From the NCBI GenBank assembly GCA_964510805.1, contig CAZEDG010000004.1, forward strand, positions 1 through 59,654: a stretch of 59,654 bases of DNA, written 5' to 3'. Positions 37,039 through 47,349 of this stretch are shown here, piece after piece. A program made the position numbers and the translations under genes. The stretch comes from an uncultured Candidatus Saccharibacteria bacterium (lineage in GTDB: Bacteria; Patescibacteriota; Minisyncoccia; Phycocordibacterales; UBA5272). Below the pieces are notes generated by a model. The model worked only from the letters and a program-made list of their open reading frames with translations, did no database searches and was not told the origin of the DNA. Every line of letters starts with the position of its first letter. Position 1 is the stretch's first letter.

Positions 37039-39651
37039 ATGAAAAAACCAGAGCAAATAGAAAAAATAATCGTCAAAGGTGCACGAACACATAATCTCAA
37101 GAATATTACTGTAGAGATGCCACGTCATAAGATGATTGTGTTCACTGGGCTTTCTGGATCTGGGAAGTCTTCTCTTGCATTTGATACTATCTTTGCAGAA
37201 GGTCAACGCCGTTACGTGGAGTCTCTTTCTGCTTATGCTCGTCAATTTTTGAACCAGATGCAAAAGCCTGATGTTGATGAAATTGTCGGACTTTCTCCTG
37301 CGATCTCGATTGATCAGAAGTCGGCTGGGCGTAATCCTCGTTCAACAGTTGCAACAATAACAGAGATCTATGATTATCTTCGTGTACTCTATGCTCGTGT
37401 CGGTAAGCCGTATTGTGTTGAATGTGGCGCAAAGATACAAAAACTCTCAAATGAAGAGATTATGCACTTTATTTTAGATCGCGTAAAATCAGTTGACTAT
37501 AAAAAGGTTAAGACAGATGTGCTTGGGGTTGAGTTCTCTCATGCAGAAGTCCATATTCTTTCACCTCTTGTTCGTGGTAGAAAAGGTGAGTACTATCAGA
37601 TGCTCTACGATATGCTTGGCAAAGGGTACACCGAAGCCGTGGTTGATGGTGAACGTAAAAGTCTTCGAGAGCAGATTATTCTTTCTAAAAATAAAAAGCA
37701 TGAGATCTCTGTAGTTGTTGACTCTATTACACTCGACGAGCTTCGTCAGAAGGCAACACAAAAGGACGCCTACACACGTCTCTCAGAAGCAATTGAGCGA
37801 GCGCTTCATGAGTCAGAAGGGCTTCTTGAGGTTGAGATTCTTGGAGAAAAAACAATTATGAGTAACAAGTTTTCGTGTGCCTCATGTGGTTTTTCTTTTC
37901 CGGAAATAGAACCAAGACTTTTTTCTTTTAACTCACCATATGGCGCATGCCCTACTTGTAATGGTCTTGGTACAAAGTACTTCGGAGGACTTGATGAATG
38001 TGAGTCATGTAATGGTAAGCGACTTCGTAAGGAAGCGCTTCATGTGTATCTCGATGATACCGAGAAGATTAACATTGTTGATATTACGGCGCTCAGTATC
38101 AAGGATGCACAAGAGTATTTTGCCCGTATCCCTCTCACCAAGAAGGAGCAAGAGATTGCGTCGGTTGTGATTAAGGAGATTGAATCGAGACTTATTTTTA
38201 TGTTAAATGTCGGCCTTGATTATCTTGCACTTAACCGAAAAGCGGACACTCTCTCAGGAGGGGAGGCTCAGCGTATTCGCCTTGCGTCACAGCTCGGTTC
38301 TCAGCTTGTGGGGGCACTCTATGTACTTGATGAACCGACTATTGGTCTTCATCAGCGTGATAATGATCGTTTGATTAAGACACTTACTCATCTTCGTGAT
38401 ATTGGAAATACTATTATCGTAGTTGAGCATGACGAAGATACTATTTTTGCTTCGGATTATATTATTGATATTGGGCCAAAGGCTGGAGTACATGGAGGTG
38501 AAGTGGTGGTTGCTGGATATCTTGATGAACTTTTAACTGCGCCTAAAAATAAGTCAGGAAGCCTCACCCTCTCATATCTTCGTGGTGAAAAAATGATTCC
38601 TGTACCAAAACGTAGAGATGCGGACAAAGGGACACTTCGAGTAACTGGAGGAAATATTTTTAATATTAAAGATCTTTCTGCAAATGTTCCACTTGGAAGA
38701 TTCAACGTGATCACTGGAGTGTCGGGTTCAGGGAAGAGTTCTTTTATGTATGAAATTCTTTACAAAAATCTTCTTGCGCGTCTTGAGCGAAAACATCGCA
38801 CGGTAAAGATATTTAACTGTGAGACATTCTCTGGTACGGAGTACGTTTCTCGTGTTGTGCTTATCGATCAGTCTCCAATTGGTAGAACACCACGATCTAA
38901 TCCGGCAACGTACACCGGAGCATGGACACATATCCGTGATCTGTTTGCGGAGACAGAGGAAGCTCGTGTGCGAGGATGGAAGTCTTCTCGATTTTCTTTC
39001 AACGTAAAAGGTGGAAGATGTGAAGCCTGCCAAGGTAATGGCGAGATTGCGGTGGAGATGCATTTCCTTCCAACGGTATATGTTGAATGTGATGTCTGCC
39101 AAGGTAAGCGCTTCATGAAAGAAACACTTGAGGTAAAGTGGAAAGGTAAGAGTATCTACGACATTCTTAGAATGACTGTTGAAGAAGCGCTCACATTCTT
39201 CTACGAAATACCTGCAGTGTATGATCGTATCAAAACACTTAATGATGTAGGACTTTCATATCTTGAGCTCGGACAATCCGCAACAACGCTTTCAGGAGGA
39301 GAAGCTCAACGCGTTAAGATTTCGAGCGAACTCTATCGTCCACATGTCGAGAAGACTATCTATCTTCTTGATGAGCCTTCTATCGGTCTTCATTATGAAG
39401 ATATTGCAAAGCTTATCGAGATACTTAATAAGTTAGTGGATAAAGGCAACACAGTTGTTCTCATCGAACATAATCTTGATATTGTGAAGTGTGCAGACCA
39501 TATTATTGATATTGGACCAGAAGGAGGAGTTGGTGGTGGCCGGGTTGTTGCGTCAGGATCACCTGAGCAAGTGGCAAGTAACCCAAAGAGTTACACAGGT
39601 GCATATCTTAAGAAGGTGCTCAAAAAAGCAAAAGAGTATCAAGGGGAATAA
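37039..39651 (+). CDS. uvrA: Excinuclease ABC subunit A.
   Basis: Two ABC ATPase modules (GLSGSGKSSL, GVSGSGKSS), LSGGE signatures and zinc-finger cysteines. Confidence 0.95.
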   Translation: MKKPEQIEKIIVKGARTHNLKNITVEMPRHKMIVFTGLSGSGKSSLAFDTIFAEGQRRYVESLSAYARQFLNQMQKPDVDEIVGLSPAISIDQKSAGRNPRSTVATITEIYDYLRVLYARVGKPYCVECGAKIQKLSNEEIMHFILDRVKSVDYKKVKTDVLGVEFSHAEVHILSPLVRGRKGEYYQMLYDMLGKGYTEAVVDGERKSLREQIILSKNKKHEISVVVDSITLDELRQKATQKDAYTRLSEAIERALHESEGLLEVEILGEKTIMSNKFSCASCGFSFPEIEPRLFSFNSPYGACPTCNGLGTKYFGGLDECESCNGKRLRKEALHVYLDDTEKINIVDITALSIKDAQEYFARIPLTKKEQEIASVVIKEIESRLIFMLNVGLDYLALNRKADTLSGGEAQRIRLASQLGSQLVGALYVLDEPTIGLHQRDNDRLIKTLTHLRDIGNTIIVVEHDEDTIFASDYIIDIGPKAGVHGGEVVVAGYLDELLTAPKNKSGSLTLSYLRGEKMIPVPKRRDADKGTLRVTGGNIFNIKDLSANVPLGRFNVITGVSGSGKSSFMYEILYKNLLARLERKHRTVKIFNCETFSGTEYVSRVVLIDQSPIGRTPRSNPATYTGAWTHIRDLFAETEEARVRGWKSSRFSFNVKGGRCEACQGNGEIAVEMHFLPTVYVECDVCQGKRFMKETLEVKWKGKSIYDILRMTVEEALTFFYEIPAVYDRIKTLNDVGLSYLELGQSATTLSGGEAQRVKISSELYRPHVEKTIYLLDEPSIGLHYEDIAKLIEILNKLVDKGNTVVLIEHNLDIVKCADHIIDIGPEGGVGGGRVVASGSPEQVASNPKSYTGAYLKKVLKKAKEYQGE

Positions 39652-39716
39652 ATAAGGTAAAAAGTTGGATGACATAGCTACACCAAAATATTTTTGGTCG
39701 CTCTATAGCAAAATGA

Positions 39717-39742
39717 AAAGGCGCACATCAGTGCGCCTTTGC
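39717..39742. terminator. Bidirectional terminator.
   Basis: AAAGGCGCAC-atca-GTGCGCCTTT. Confidence 0.6.
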
Positions 39743-39746
39743 TCGA

Positions 39747-39965
39747 TCAGTACCTGCTGATGACATTGCCACCTTGACGGCGTTGTCCTTCGCAGATTGG
39801 AATCTTGAAGATTTTTTCTTGTTGCTGGAAGCAAACCGGTGTTGCTGGTTTGTCTTCCGTGAGTGATACATCATCACCTGGCACATAGGTTGGTGCATGC
39901 ATTGTGCACTCGTCTCCGTGTGCACACTTTTTGCACCAGCCATCTTTTTTTGTCTCCGGCATCAT
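39747..39965 (-). CDS. Candidate 72-aa Cys-rich small protein (possible zinc ribbon).
   Basis: ORF with GAAAGG a few nt upstream of the ATG. GWCKKCAHGDEC and later cysteines. It lies between convergent and divergent genes in a locally GC-elevated patch. Confidence 0.3.
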   Translation of the reverse strand: MMPETKKDGWCKKCAHGDECTMHAPTYVPGDDVSLTEDKPATPVCFQQQEKIFKIPICEGQRRQGGNVISRY

Positions 39966-40228
39966 TATACCTTTCCATGGCTCCTAGTTGGTTGCTGGGG
40001 TGTATTCTTTCAGTTCCTTTCGAAGTTGCTCTGCAACTTCTTCTGGGAAATGGCAATCCGCACCACCTGCACCATGCTCTTTTTCTCCAAAGAGAGGGTG
40101 CATATTTTTTTGACCTCTTCGGAAAAGGAGGTCGACAACCTTTTGAATCACTTAAGAACTCCTCGGTCTAGTTGTGAACCCTTTATTCATCCTTGAACAA
40201 GGGAAGTTTCTATTGTACAATACTATAA

Positions 40229-41443
40229 ATGAAAAAGCAAGACCTGACTTCTCTTTCGCTTCCTGATACACCCGGAGTCTATTTTTTTAGAGGGGAACAG
40301 GACGAGATTCTCTATATTGGCAAGGCTACGTCGCTTCGTGATCGGGTGAGGAGTTATTTTGGTGATGATCTTATTACCACAAGAGGACTTCGACTTGTAA
40401 GTATGGTTACTGTTGCTAAAACAGTTACGTACCAAGAGACAGGAAGTGTTCTTGAAGCACTTCTTCTTGAAAGTAAGCTGATCAAGGAGCACACTCCTTC
40501 GTATAATGTACGTGAGAAGGATGATAAGAGTTTTAGTTGTGTGGTAATAACCAAAGAGAGGTATCCCAGAGTGCTTGTAATGCGTATTCGTGATTTTGAA
40601 AAACGTTTTTCAAAAAAAGATATTCAATCTGTATATGGGCCGTTCGCCTCACTTTCGCAACTTAAAGAGGCAATGAAAATAATAAGAAAAATGTTTCCTT
40701 ATCGTGACACGTGTGAAGAAGGGGCTAAAAGACCTTGCTTCAATGCTCAGTTACGACTTTGTCCTGGTATTTGTGTTGGTCTTATTTCGGAAGAGGAGTA
40801 CAAAAAAACGATTAAGAATATACAAAAGTTTTTTGAGGGGAAGAAGGAAGAAATTAAGAGATCTCTCGAAAAAGAGATGAAAGAACTTGCTAAGAAAAAT
40901 CTTTTTGAGAAGGCAAGTCTTGTTCGTAATACTCTATTTACGCTTGATCATATAAAAGATATAACTTTAATTAAAGAAGAAAAAGTACTTTCTTTTAAAG
41001 ATAAGTCGTTCAGAATTGAGGGGTACGACGCATCTCATATTTCAGGCACGGGAAGAGTGGGAGTAATGACAGTTCTTGTAGGCGGAGAAAAAGAGAAAAA
41101 TGAATATCGTAAGTTTAAATTAGAAGAAGGAGTTAATGATGATTACGAAGGATTACGAGAAATACTTCTTCGGCGTTTTTCTCACAAAGAATGGACCTTT
41201 CCAGATCTTATTGTGATTGACGGTGGTCTTGCGCACAAACAGACGGCAGAAAGAGTAATTGCAGGACTTTCTCTTCTTATTCCTTGTGTTTCTGTTGTTA
41301 AAGACGAGCGACATAAACCAAAAGACATACTAGGGGATAAAGTACATGTGGATTACCATAAAAAGGATATTCTTTTGGTTAATGCAGAAGCGCACAGATT
41401 TGCAATTGGGTATCATAAAACCTTACGAGATAAGCGTCGCTAG
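40229..41443 (+). CDS. uvrC: UvrC homolog, short form. It has the GIY-YIG domain and the C-terminal RNase-H-like endonuclease domain but no UvrB-interaction or (HhH)2 region.
   Basis: GVYFFRGEQDEILYIGKATSLRDRV at the N-terminus. IDGGLAHKQTAERV near the C-terminus. 404 aa against about 600 for canonical UvrC. Confidence 0.7.
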   Translation: MKKQDLTSLSLPDTPGVYFFRGEQDEILYIGKATSLRDRVRSYFGDDLITTRGLRLVSMVTVAKTVTYQETGSVLEALLLESKLIKEHTPSYNVREKDDKSFSCVVITKERYPRVLVMRIRDFEKRFSKKDIQSVYGPFASLSQLKEAMKIIRKMFPYRDTCEEGAKRPCFNAQLRLCPGICVGLISEEEYKKTIKNIQKFFEGKKEEIKRSLEKEMKELAKKNLFEKASLVRNTLFTLDHIKDITLIKEEKVLSFKDKSFRIEGYDASHISGTGRVGVMTVLVGGEKEKNEYRKFKLEEGVNDDYEGLREILLRRFSHKEWTFPDLIVIDGGLAHKQTAERVIAGLSLLIPCVSVVKDERHKPKDILGDKVHVDYHKKDILLVNAEAHRFAIGYHKTLRDKRR

Positions 41444-41571
41444 AGATGTGGTCTTATGATAGTCAAGGGTAACTATTGACACTACCATCTCGGACAAAAA
41501 TAATGGCTTTTATGTAATAAATGTGTACACTCTATATATTAGTAATCTTATAAATAATCGATAGAGTTTGT

Positions 41572-44499
41572 ATGGCAATTCTGCAAATAATCAAGAAAAG
41601 AAATGGGGAGATGGTTCCTTTTGATGTAGACAAGATTGAGAAGGCGATTAATAAAGCTTTTATAAGTACCATTAGAGAAGAAAAACCAGAGATTGCAAAG
41701 CATATAGCAGAACTGGTTGCTAAGGAGCTTGAGCTTGAAGCAATCACTAAGGAAGGGTACACTCCTTCGGTTGAGCATACCCAAGACCTTGTAGAGAAGC
41801 ACCTCATGAGTGCTGGCTTTTTTGATGTTGCCAAAGCGTATATTATCTATCGATATGAACGATCAAAAGAGCGTGAAGAGGAGAAACTTGAAGCGCTAGA
41901 AAAGGTTGAAGAAGGGGGCCTCTTTATCACAAAGAAGAATGGCAAAAAGGAGCGTTTTAGTATCGAAAAAGTAAAGAAGACTGTAGAGAGAGTTGTACAT
42001 GGATACGAAAAAGACGTAGATGTGATGCAGGTTGTTAATCAGGTGAAGCTTGAGATTTATGAAGGTATGCCTACTACAGAAATCACCAAAGCTCTTGTAA
42101 TGACGCTTCGTTCCATGATTGAGCGTGACCCTGCATATTCTTATGTTGCTTCTCGTATGGTACTCTCACAGGTTAACCAAGATCTTCTTGGTGATTCACT
42201 TAACTATAATGCAATTGAAGTGCAGTACCGAGATAGTTTTGTAAACGGAATCAAAAAAGGTGTAGAGCGAGGACTGCTTGATGCTCGTATGGTTAATTTT
42301 GATCTTGATCGTCTTTCTAAATCTCTTGTAAGAGAGCGTGATGATCTCTTTATGTACCTCGGCACACAAACTCTCTATGAGCGTTATCTTGTGCGCGATG
42401 TAGAAGGTAACGGGAAGATCATTGAACATATTCAAGGATTTTGGATGCGTATTGCTATGGGGATTGCACTTGCAGAGAAAGAACTTGAAAGAACTTCAAA
42501 AGCAATAGAATTCTATGAGGTTATGTCGACGCTTCGTTTTGTTCCTTCATCTCCTACGCTTTTTCACGCAGGAACAAAACACCCACAACTCTCTTCTTGT
42601 TACCTTAACACTGTAGGAGATTCACTCGAGTCTATTTTCAAAGTATATGCAGATAATGCACAACTCTCTAAATGGGCTGGAGGTATTGGAACTAACTGGA
42701 CTTCTGTTCGTGCATCAGGTTCTCTTGTAAAGCGGTCAGGAATTAAGTCAAACGGTACAGTTCCTTTCCTTAAGATTGCCAACGACGTTACTGTTGCAAT
42801 CAATCGCTCAGGTCGTCGTCGAGGTGCTACTTGTGTTTACCTTGAGAACTGGCACTATGATATTGATGAGTTTTTGGAACTTCGTAAGAATACAGGAGAT
42901 GATCGTCGCCGTACTCATGATATGGATACTGCGCTATGGATTTCTGATCTTTTCATGAAGCGCGCCCAAGCTGATCTTGAATGGACTCTCTTTTCTCCAG
43001 ATGAGGTTCCTGAACTTCCAGAGACCTATGGCGATATATTCGAAAAGCATTATGCACGATATGAAGCGCTTGCCAAGGAAGGTAAAATAAAAGTATATAA
43101 GACTATTAAGGCTCGTGATCTTTGGCGTAAGATGATTACCATGCTTTACGAAACCGGTCATCCTTGGATTACTTTTAAAGATCCTTCCAATCTTCGTTCA
43201 CCTCAAGATCATGTAGGTGTTGTCCATAATTCAAATCTCTGTACAGAGATTACACTTAATAACTCTCTCGATGAAACCGCAGTATGTAATCTCGGTTCAC
43301 TTAATTACCAGAGACTTATGCGCGGAGGTAAGTTCGATGTTGACCTTGTTGCATCAACGGTTCGTGTTGCAATGAGAATGCTCGATAATGTGATTGATGT
43401 AAACTACTACCCTACAGTTGAGGCAGAGAGAAGTAATATGCGTCACCGACCTGTTGGTCTTGGCATTATGGGATTCCATGATGCGCTCTATATGATGAAT
43501 ATTAATTTTGATTCTGATGAGGCTGTTACTTTTGCAGATGAATCTATGGAGCTTATTTCGTACCATGCAATACTTTCTTCTTCAGAGCTTGCGAGAGAGC
43601 GAGGGGCGTACTCAACCTTCAAAGGAAGTAAATGGGACAGAGGAATATTTCCAGTTGATACGATTGCACTTCTTGAAAAAAGTAGAGGATCTGAAATTCC
43701 TGTTCGAAAAGGCGGTAAGCTTGACTGGTCTTCTGTTCGTGCGTCAGTAAAGGAATACGGTATGCGTAACTCTAACTGTATGGCGATGGCTCCAACTGCA
43801 ACGATCTCTAATATTGTTGGATCTGTTCCATGTATCGAACCAATATATAAGAACATCTATGTTAAGTCGAACATGAACGGAGAGTTTATTATTATTAACC
43901 CTTACTTAGTTTCAGACCTTAAGGCGCTCAATCTTTGGGATTTTGAAATGATAGGTCTTCTTAAGTATAATGATGGCTCTGTTAAAGATATTCCTTCTAT
44001 ACCTTCTCATCTTAAGGATAAGTATAAAGAGGTGTTCCAAATTGATCCTTCATGGATTCTTAAGTCTGCAGCATATCGAGGTAAGTGGGTTGATCAATCA
44101 CAGTCCCTTAATATTTATTTTGCAGGAACTTCAGGAAGAGAGCTTGCTTCTGTGTATGAGTATGCGTGGTCACTTGGGCTTAAGACCACCTACTACTTAC
44201 GTTCACTCGGTGCCTCACAAGTAGAGAAGAGTACCGTCAATGCCTCAGAGTATGGGTCTACTCATAAGCGTACTCAGGTGACACAAGGGCAAGACGCTCA
44301 ATCTCAACAAGTAATCACTTCTCCGCTTTCACAAGCCGTAGCACAGGCAGTAGAGTCTACTCCGAGTACTTTTGTAAGTCAGCCGATTCCTTCGATGGTT
44401 CAGCCTACCCATATTCCTGTAGCTGTTCCACAGGAAGTACCAAAAATGAAATACAAGATTACTGTTATGCCAGAAGCAACCTGTGACGGATGTCAGTAG
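41572..44499 (+). CDS. nrdA: Ribonucleotide reductase class I alpha subunit with an N-terminal ATP-cone.
   Basis: ATP-cone at the N-terminus, catalytic-core motifs (NLCTEI), and a C-terminal CDGC pair. Confidence 0.9.
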   Translation: MAILQIIKKRNGEMVPFDVDKIEKAINKAFISTIREEKPEIAKHIAELVAKELELEAITKEGYTPSVEHTQDLVEKHLMSAGFFDVAKAYIIYRYERSKEREEEKLEALEKVEEGGLFITKKNGKKERFSIEKVKKTVERVVHGYEKDVDVMQVVNQVKLEIYEGMPTTEITKALVMTLRSMIERDPAYSYVASRMVLSQVNQDLLGDSLNYNAIEVQYRDSFVNGIKKGVERGLLDARMVNFDLDRLSKSLVRERDDLFMYLGTQTLYERYLVRDVEGNGKIIEHIQGFWMRIAMGIALAEKELERTSKAIEFYEVMSTLRFVPSSPTLFHAGTKHPQLSSCYLNTVGDSLESIFKVYADNAQLSKWAGGIGTNWTSVRASGSLVKRSGIKSNGTVPFLKIANDVTVAINRSGRRRGATCVYLENWHYDIDEFLELRKNTGDDRRRTHDMDTALWISDLFMKRAQADLEWTLFSPDEVPELPETYGDIFEKHYARYEALAKEGKIKVYKTIKARDLWRKMITMLYETGHPWITFKDPSNLRSPQDHVGVVHNSNLCTEITLNNSLDETAVCNLGSLNYQRLMRGGKFDVDLVASTVRVAMRMLDNVIDVNYYPTVEAERSNMRHRPVGLGIMGFHDALYMMNINFDSDEAVTFADESMELISYHAILSSSELARERGAYSTFKGSKWDRGIFPVDTIALLEKSRGSEIPVRKGGKLDWSSVRASVKEYGMRNSNCMAMAPTATISNIVGSVPCIEPIYKNIYVKSNMNGEFIIINPYLVSDLKALNLWDFEMIGLLKYNDGSVKDIPSIPSHLKDKYKEVFQIDPSWILKSAAYRGKWVDQSQSLNIYFAGTSGRELASVYEYAWSLGLKTTYYLRSLGASQVEKSTVNASEYGSTHKRTQVTQGQDAQSQQVITSPLSQAVAQAVESTPSTFVSQPIPSMVQPTHIPVAVPQEVPKMKYKITVMPEATCDGCQ

Positions 44500-44629
44500 A
44501 AAAGGGAAGAAAGGATACAAGGATACCTTAAAAACTCTATACTTACCGACTTGCGTCTTTTAGATCCTTTCGGTACACTCTTTAGTACAAAGTCTTTTTG
44601 CCTACATTTATTAACCTAAAAATTACAGT

Positions 44630-45706
44630 ATGGATTACCAGAATCAATCTACTCCAAATAGTACCCCTAAGCCTATTATTGATAGGTCTGCTGGGCGTGT
44701 TGATGTGAACAAAAGAAAAATCATTAACGGGCAAGATGCTGATGTTGTACAGCTTTGGCCTATTAAGCATACATTTGCATGGGATGCATACAATGTAGGT
44801 AATGCCAACCACTGGCTCCCGACAGAGATTAGTATGCAGGCAGATATTGAGCAGTGGAGATCCAAGACTGTCTTGAGTGATGATGAACGACATGCATTTC
44901 GAATGGTTCTTGGCTTCTTTACGACAGCAGACTCGATTGCTGCAAATAACATTGTGCTTGCTTTCTATAAGCATATTACTTCACCTGAGACAAGATTATA
45001 TCTTCTTCGTCAGGCATATGAGGAAGCAATTCATACTCAAGCGTACCAGTATATTGTTGAGTCACTTGGTCTTGATGGAACAGAGATCTTTAACATGTAT
45101 CGCGAAGTTGATGCGATTTATAACAAAGATGAATTCATCCTTTCGTTTAATGAGGGAATTTTTGATCCTCACTTTAAGACCGGAACGTTTGAAGCTGATC
45201 AGAAGTTTCTTGAGAACATGTGTGTCTTTTCGCTTATTCTAGAAGGTGTCTTCTTCTACTCTTCCTTTGCAGTGATGTTTGGTTTCCAGAGACAGAATAA
45301 GCTTGTTGGTTCTGCAGAGCAAATTCAATATATTATGCGTGATGAGAGTACTCACATGAATTTTGGTATTGATATGATTAATACAATCAAGCAAGAACAG
45401 CCAGAACTCTGGACACCTGCTTTTGTCGAGAGGTTCACTAACCTTATGAAAAAAGCAGTAGAGCTTGAGTACCGCTTCGCTGTAGATGTATTCCCAAAGG
45501 GTATCTTTGGGCTTAATGCTGAGGGTTTTAAGCAGTATATAGAACATATTGCAGATAGAAGACTTGCTCGTGTTGGTATAGAGCCGATTTATGGATCTTC
45601 TAACCCATTTCCATGGATGAGTGAAGCTGTTGATCTTAACAAGGAAAAGAATTTCTTTGAGACACGTGTGACGGAATATAAGACAGGAGGGACGCTTTCT
45701 TGGTAA
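44630..45706 (+). CDS. nrdB: Ribonucleotide reductase class I beta subunit.
   Basis: Diiron ligand motifs EEAIHTQAY and DESTHMNF, and the radical tyrosine region. Confidence 0.9.
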   Translation: MDYQNQSTPNSTPKPIIDRSAGRVDVNKRKIINGQDADVVQLWPIKHTFAWDAYNVGNANHWLPTEISMQADIEQWRSKTVLSDDERHAFRMVLGFFTTADSIAANNIVLAFYKHITSPETRLYLLRQAYEEAIHTQAYQYIVESLGLDGTEIFNMYREVDAIYNKDEFILSFNEGIFDPHFKTGTFEADQKFLENMCVFSLILEGVFFYSSFAVMFGFQRQNKLVGSAEQIQYIMRDESTHMNFGIDMINTIKQEQPELWTPAFVERFTNLMKKAVELEYRFAVDVFPKGIFGLNAEGFKQYIEHIADRRLARVGIEPIYGSSNPFPWMSEAVDLNKEKNFFETRVTEYKTGGTLSW

Positions 45707-45732
45707 GATATTTTTTAAAAAACAAAGACAAA

Positions 45733-45761
45733 AAAACCTCTCACTGTAAGAGGTTTTTTTG
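45733..45761 (+). terminator. Intrinsic terminator.
   Basis: AAACCTCTCAC-tgt-AAGAGGTTTTTTT. Confidence 0.75.
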
Positions 45762-45806
45762 CTATACACTCTACCCTAGTTACGATAGCTTTGTTATACT
45801 TACAGT

Positions 45807-46745
45807 ATGCTCAAAGTCTCTAGCAGTTTACCTGACATTGCAGTAATAAGAGGTGGTAATGTAGCCTTCAAGGATTCTCTTTCAGAAGGGGCTGATATTC
45901 TTAATTCTCTATCAAAAATAGGTTATGAACCGGTCGATGTTCTTGTTGATAAAGACGGAACTTGGACTTCAAAAGGTTTCCCTACAGACGCTCACAAAAT
46001 ATTTTCTCAGTCACATACGATTGTTGATACAACAAGAACAAAAGATACACAGTTCCATCATCTGGCAAAGAAGATGGGGATCCCTCTTCTTTTTTCTCAT
46101 GACACACATCGTTATGATAGAGAAACAATATATAGACTTTTAAGACAGCAAGACATCCGAGTCCCTGAGACTTTTGTTGTAAGGGCTTTGGAGCCAATTC
46201 AAGATTCATTATTTAGAGAAGTATGGCTTCGCTTTCATACACCACTTCTCATACGACCTCTTCTTAGAAATCCTACCGTTTCTTCTAAAATTGTTCGTAC
46301 TTTTCATGAATTTGAAGCAACAGTAAGATCATACCATGGTCAAGGAGTTGATCTTCACATTCTGACATATCGTAAAAAGCCGACAACGTCTATCGCTGTT
46401 CTGCCTCACTTTAGAAATGAAGAAGTGTATACACCTTTGTGGGTTGATGTGTTTCCTGATGATGATTTACCAAACAAAGATTCACCGCATAGACCTCATC
46501 TTCAAGCTCCTCAATTTAAAAAAGAACACATGAACTCAGTCACCAAAAAGGTCTACCGGACGCTTGGTGTAGCTACTCCTCTTTGTATTGATTTTATTTA
46601 TCATAACAATGAGTACGTTGTGGTCAATATTGATCTCAATCCTTCACTCAGAAAAGAAGGTCGTTTTATGCAATCTCTTATGACAACGGGTGTAGATATA
46701 GGCCAGTATGTTCATGAATATATTCTTCATGACATCGAACGATAA
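45807..46745 (+). CDS. ATP-grasp protein, D-Ala-D-Ala ligase-like and divergent.
   Basis: The N-terminal IAVIRGGNVAFKDSLSEGADIL...GYEPVDVLVDKDGTW resembles the Ddl N-domain. Confidence 0.4.
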   Translation: MLKVSSSLPDIAVIRGGNVAFKDSLSEGADILNSLSKIGYEPVDVLVDKDGTWTSKGFPTDAHKIFSQSHTIVDTTRTKDTQFHHLAKKMGIPLLFSHDTHRYDRETIYRLLRQQDIRVPETFVVRALEPIQDSLFREVWLRFHTPLLIRPLLRNPTVSSKIVRTFHEFEATVRSYHGQGVDLHILTYRKKPTTSIAVLPHFRNEEVYTPLWVDVFPDDDLPNKDSPHRPHLQAPQFKKEHMNSVTKKVYRTLGVATPLCIDFIYHNNEYVVVNIDLNPSLRKEGRFMQSLMTTGVDIGQYVHEYILHDIER

Positions 46746-46833
46746 AAAAATCATTAGTCTTGTTATTGGTTTACCGTTTCTTTTACTTATTTTTATTTAC
46801 CTCTTTTTAATACAAGGGAAGTAAAGAAAAAGT

Positions 46834-46867
46834 AAAAACCGCCCCTCTGGTAAGTATGGCGGTTTTT
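46834..46867. terminator. Bidirectional terminator.
   Basis: AAAAACCGCC...GGCGGTTTTT. Confidence 0.7.
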
Positions 46868-46924
46868 ACTTTGTTCTTATATTAGAAATAAGAGACGTCT
46901 TTGTTTGATGCGTACGGTTGCTTC

Positions 46925-47233
46925 TTAAGCTTCCAATGGAACAACTTTTTTGGTAGCTGTCTTCTTGGAAACATTAGACGCTCCCGGTTTGTTGGCAACT
47001 TTTTTTGAAGGTTGCTTCCCAGTTGTTTTTGAAGCCGCATCTGCTTTTTTATCGGCATCGACAAGGACTGCCTTTGATACCCATTCAGCTAACTTTTTAG
47101 CAGCAGTCATGGCACCTGATTTTTTTGCATATCCTTCGGATGCGCATACAGGCTCTCCATTCTTTGCTAACAGTTTGAATCGGTATTGGCCTTTCTTGTC
47201 TTGATAGACTTCAAGGATTGTCGTCTTTGACAT
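46925..47233 (-). CDS. DUF1508 (YegP-like) domain protein with a Lys/Ala-rich basic C-terminal tail.
   Basis: YQDKKGQYRFKLLAKNGEPVCASEGYAKKSGA matches the DUF1508 pattern. The start was taken at an internal ATG. Confidence 0.5.
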   Translation of the reverse strand: MSKTTILEVYQDKKGQYRFKLLAKNGEPVCASEGYAKKSGAMTAAKKLAEWVSKAVLVDADKKADAASKTTGKQPSKKVANKPGASNVSKKTATKKVVPLEA

Positions 47234-47349
47234 TCTTTTTTCTATTAAAAGCTGATAATGAAACAACTGCCTACTTACTAGTGTAGCAATACTCTGTGTT
47301 ATACTCAAGAAGTAAAAGAGAAGTTATTCACACCTCGCATTTTCTCGTC

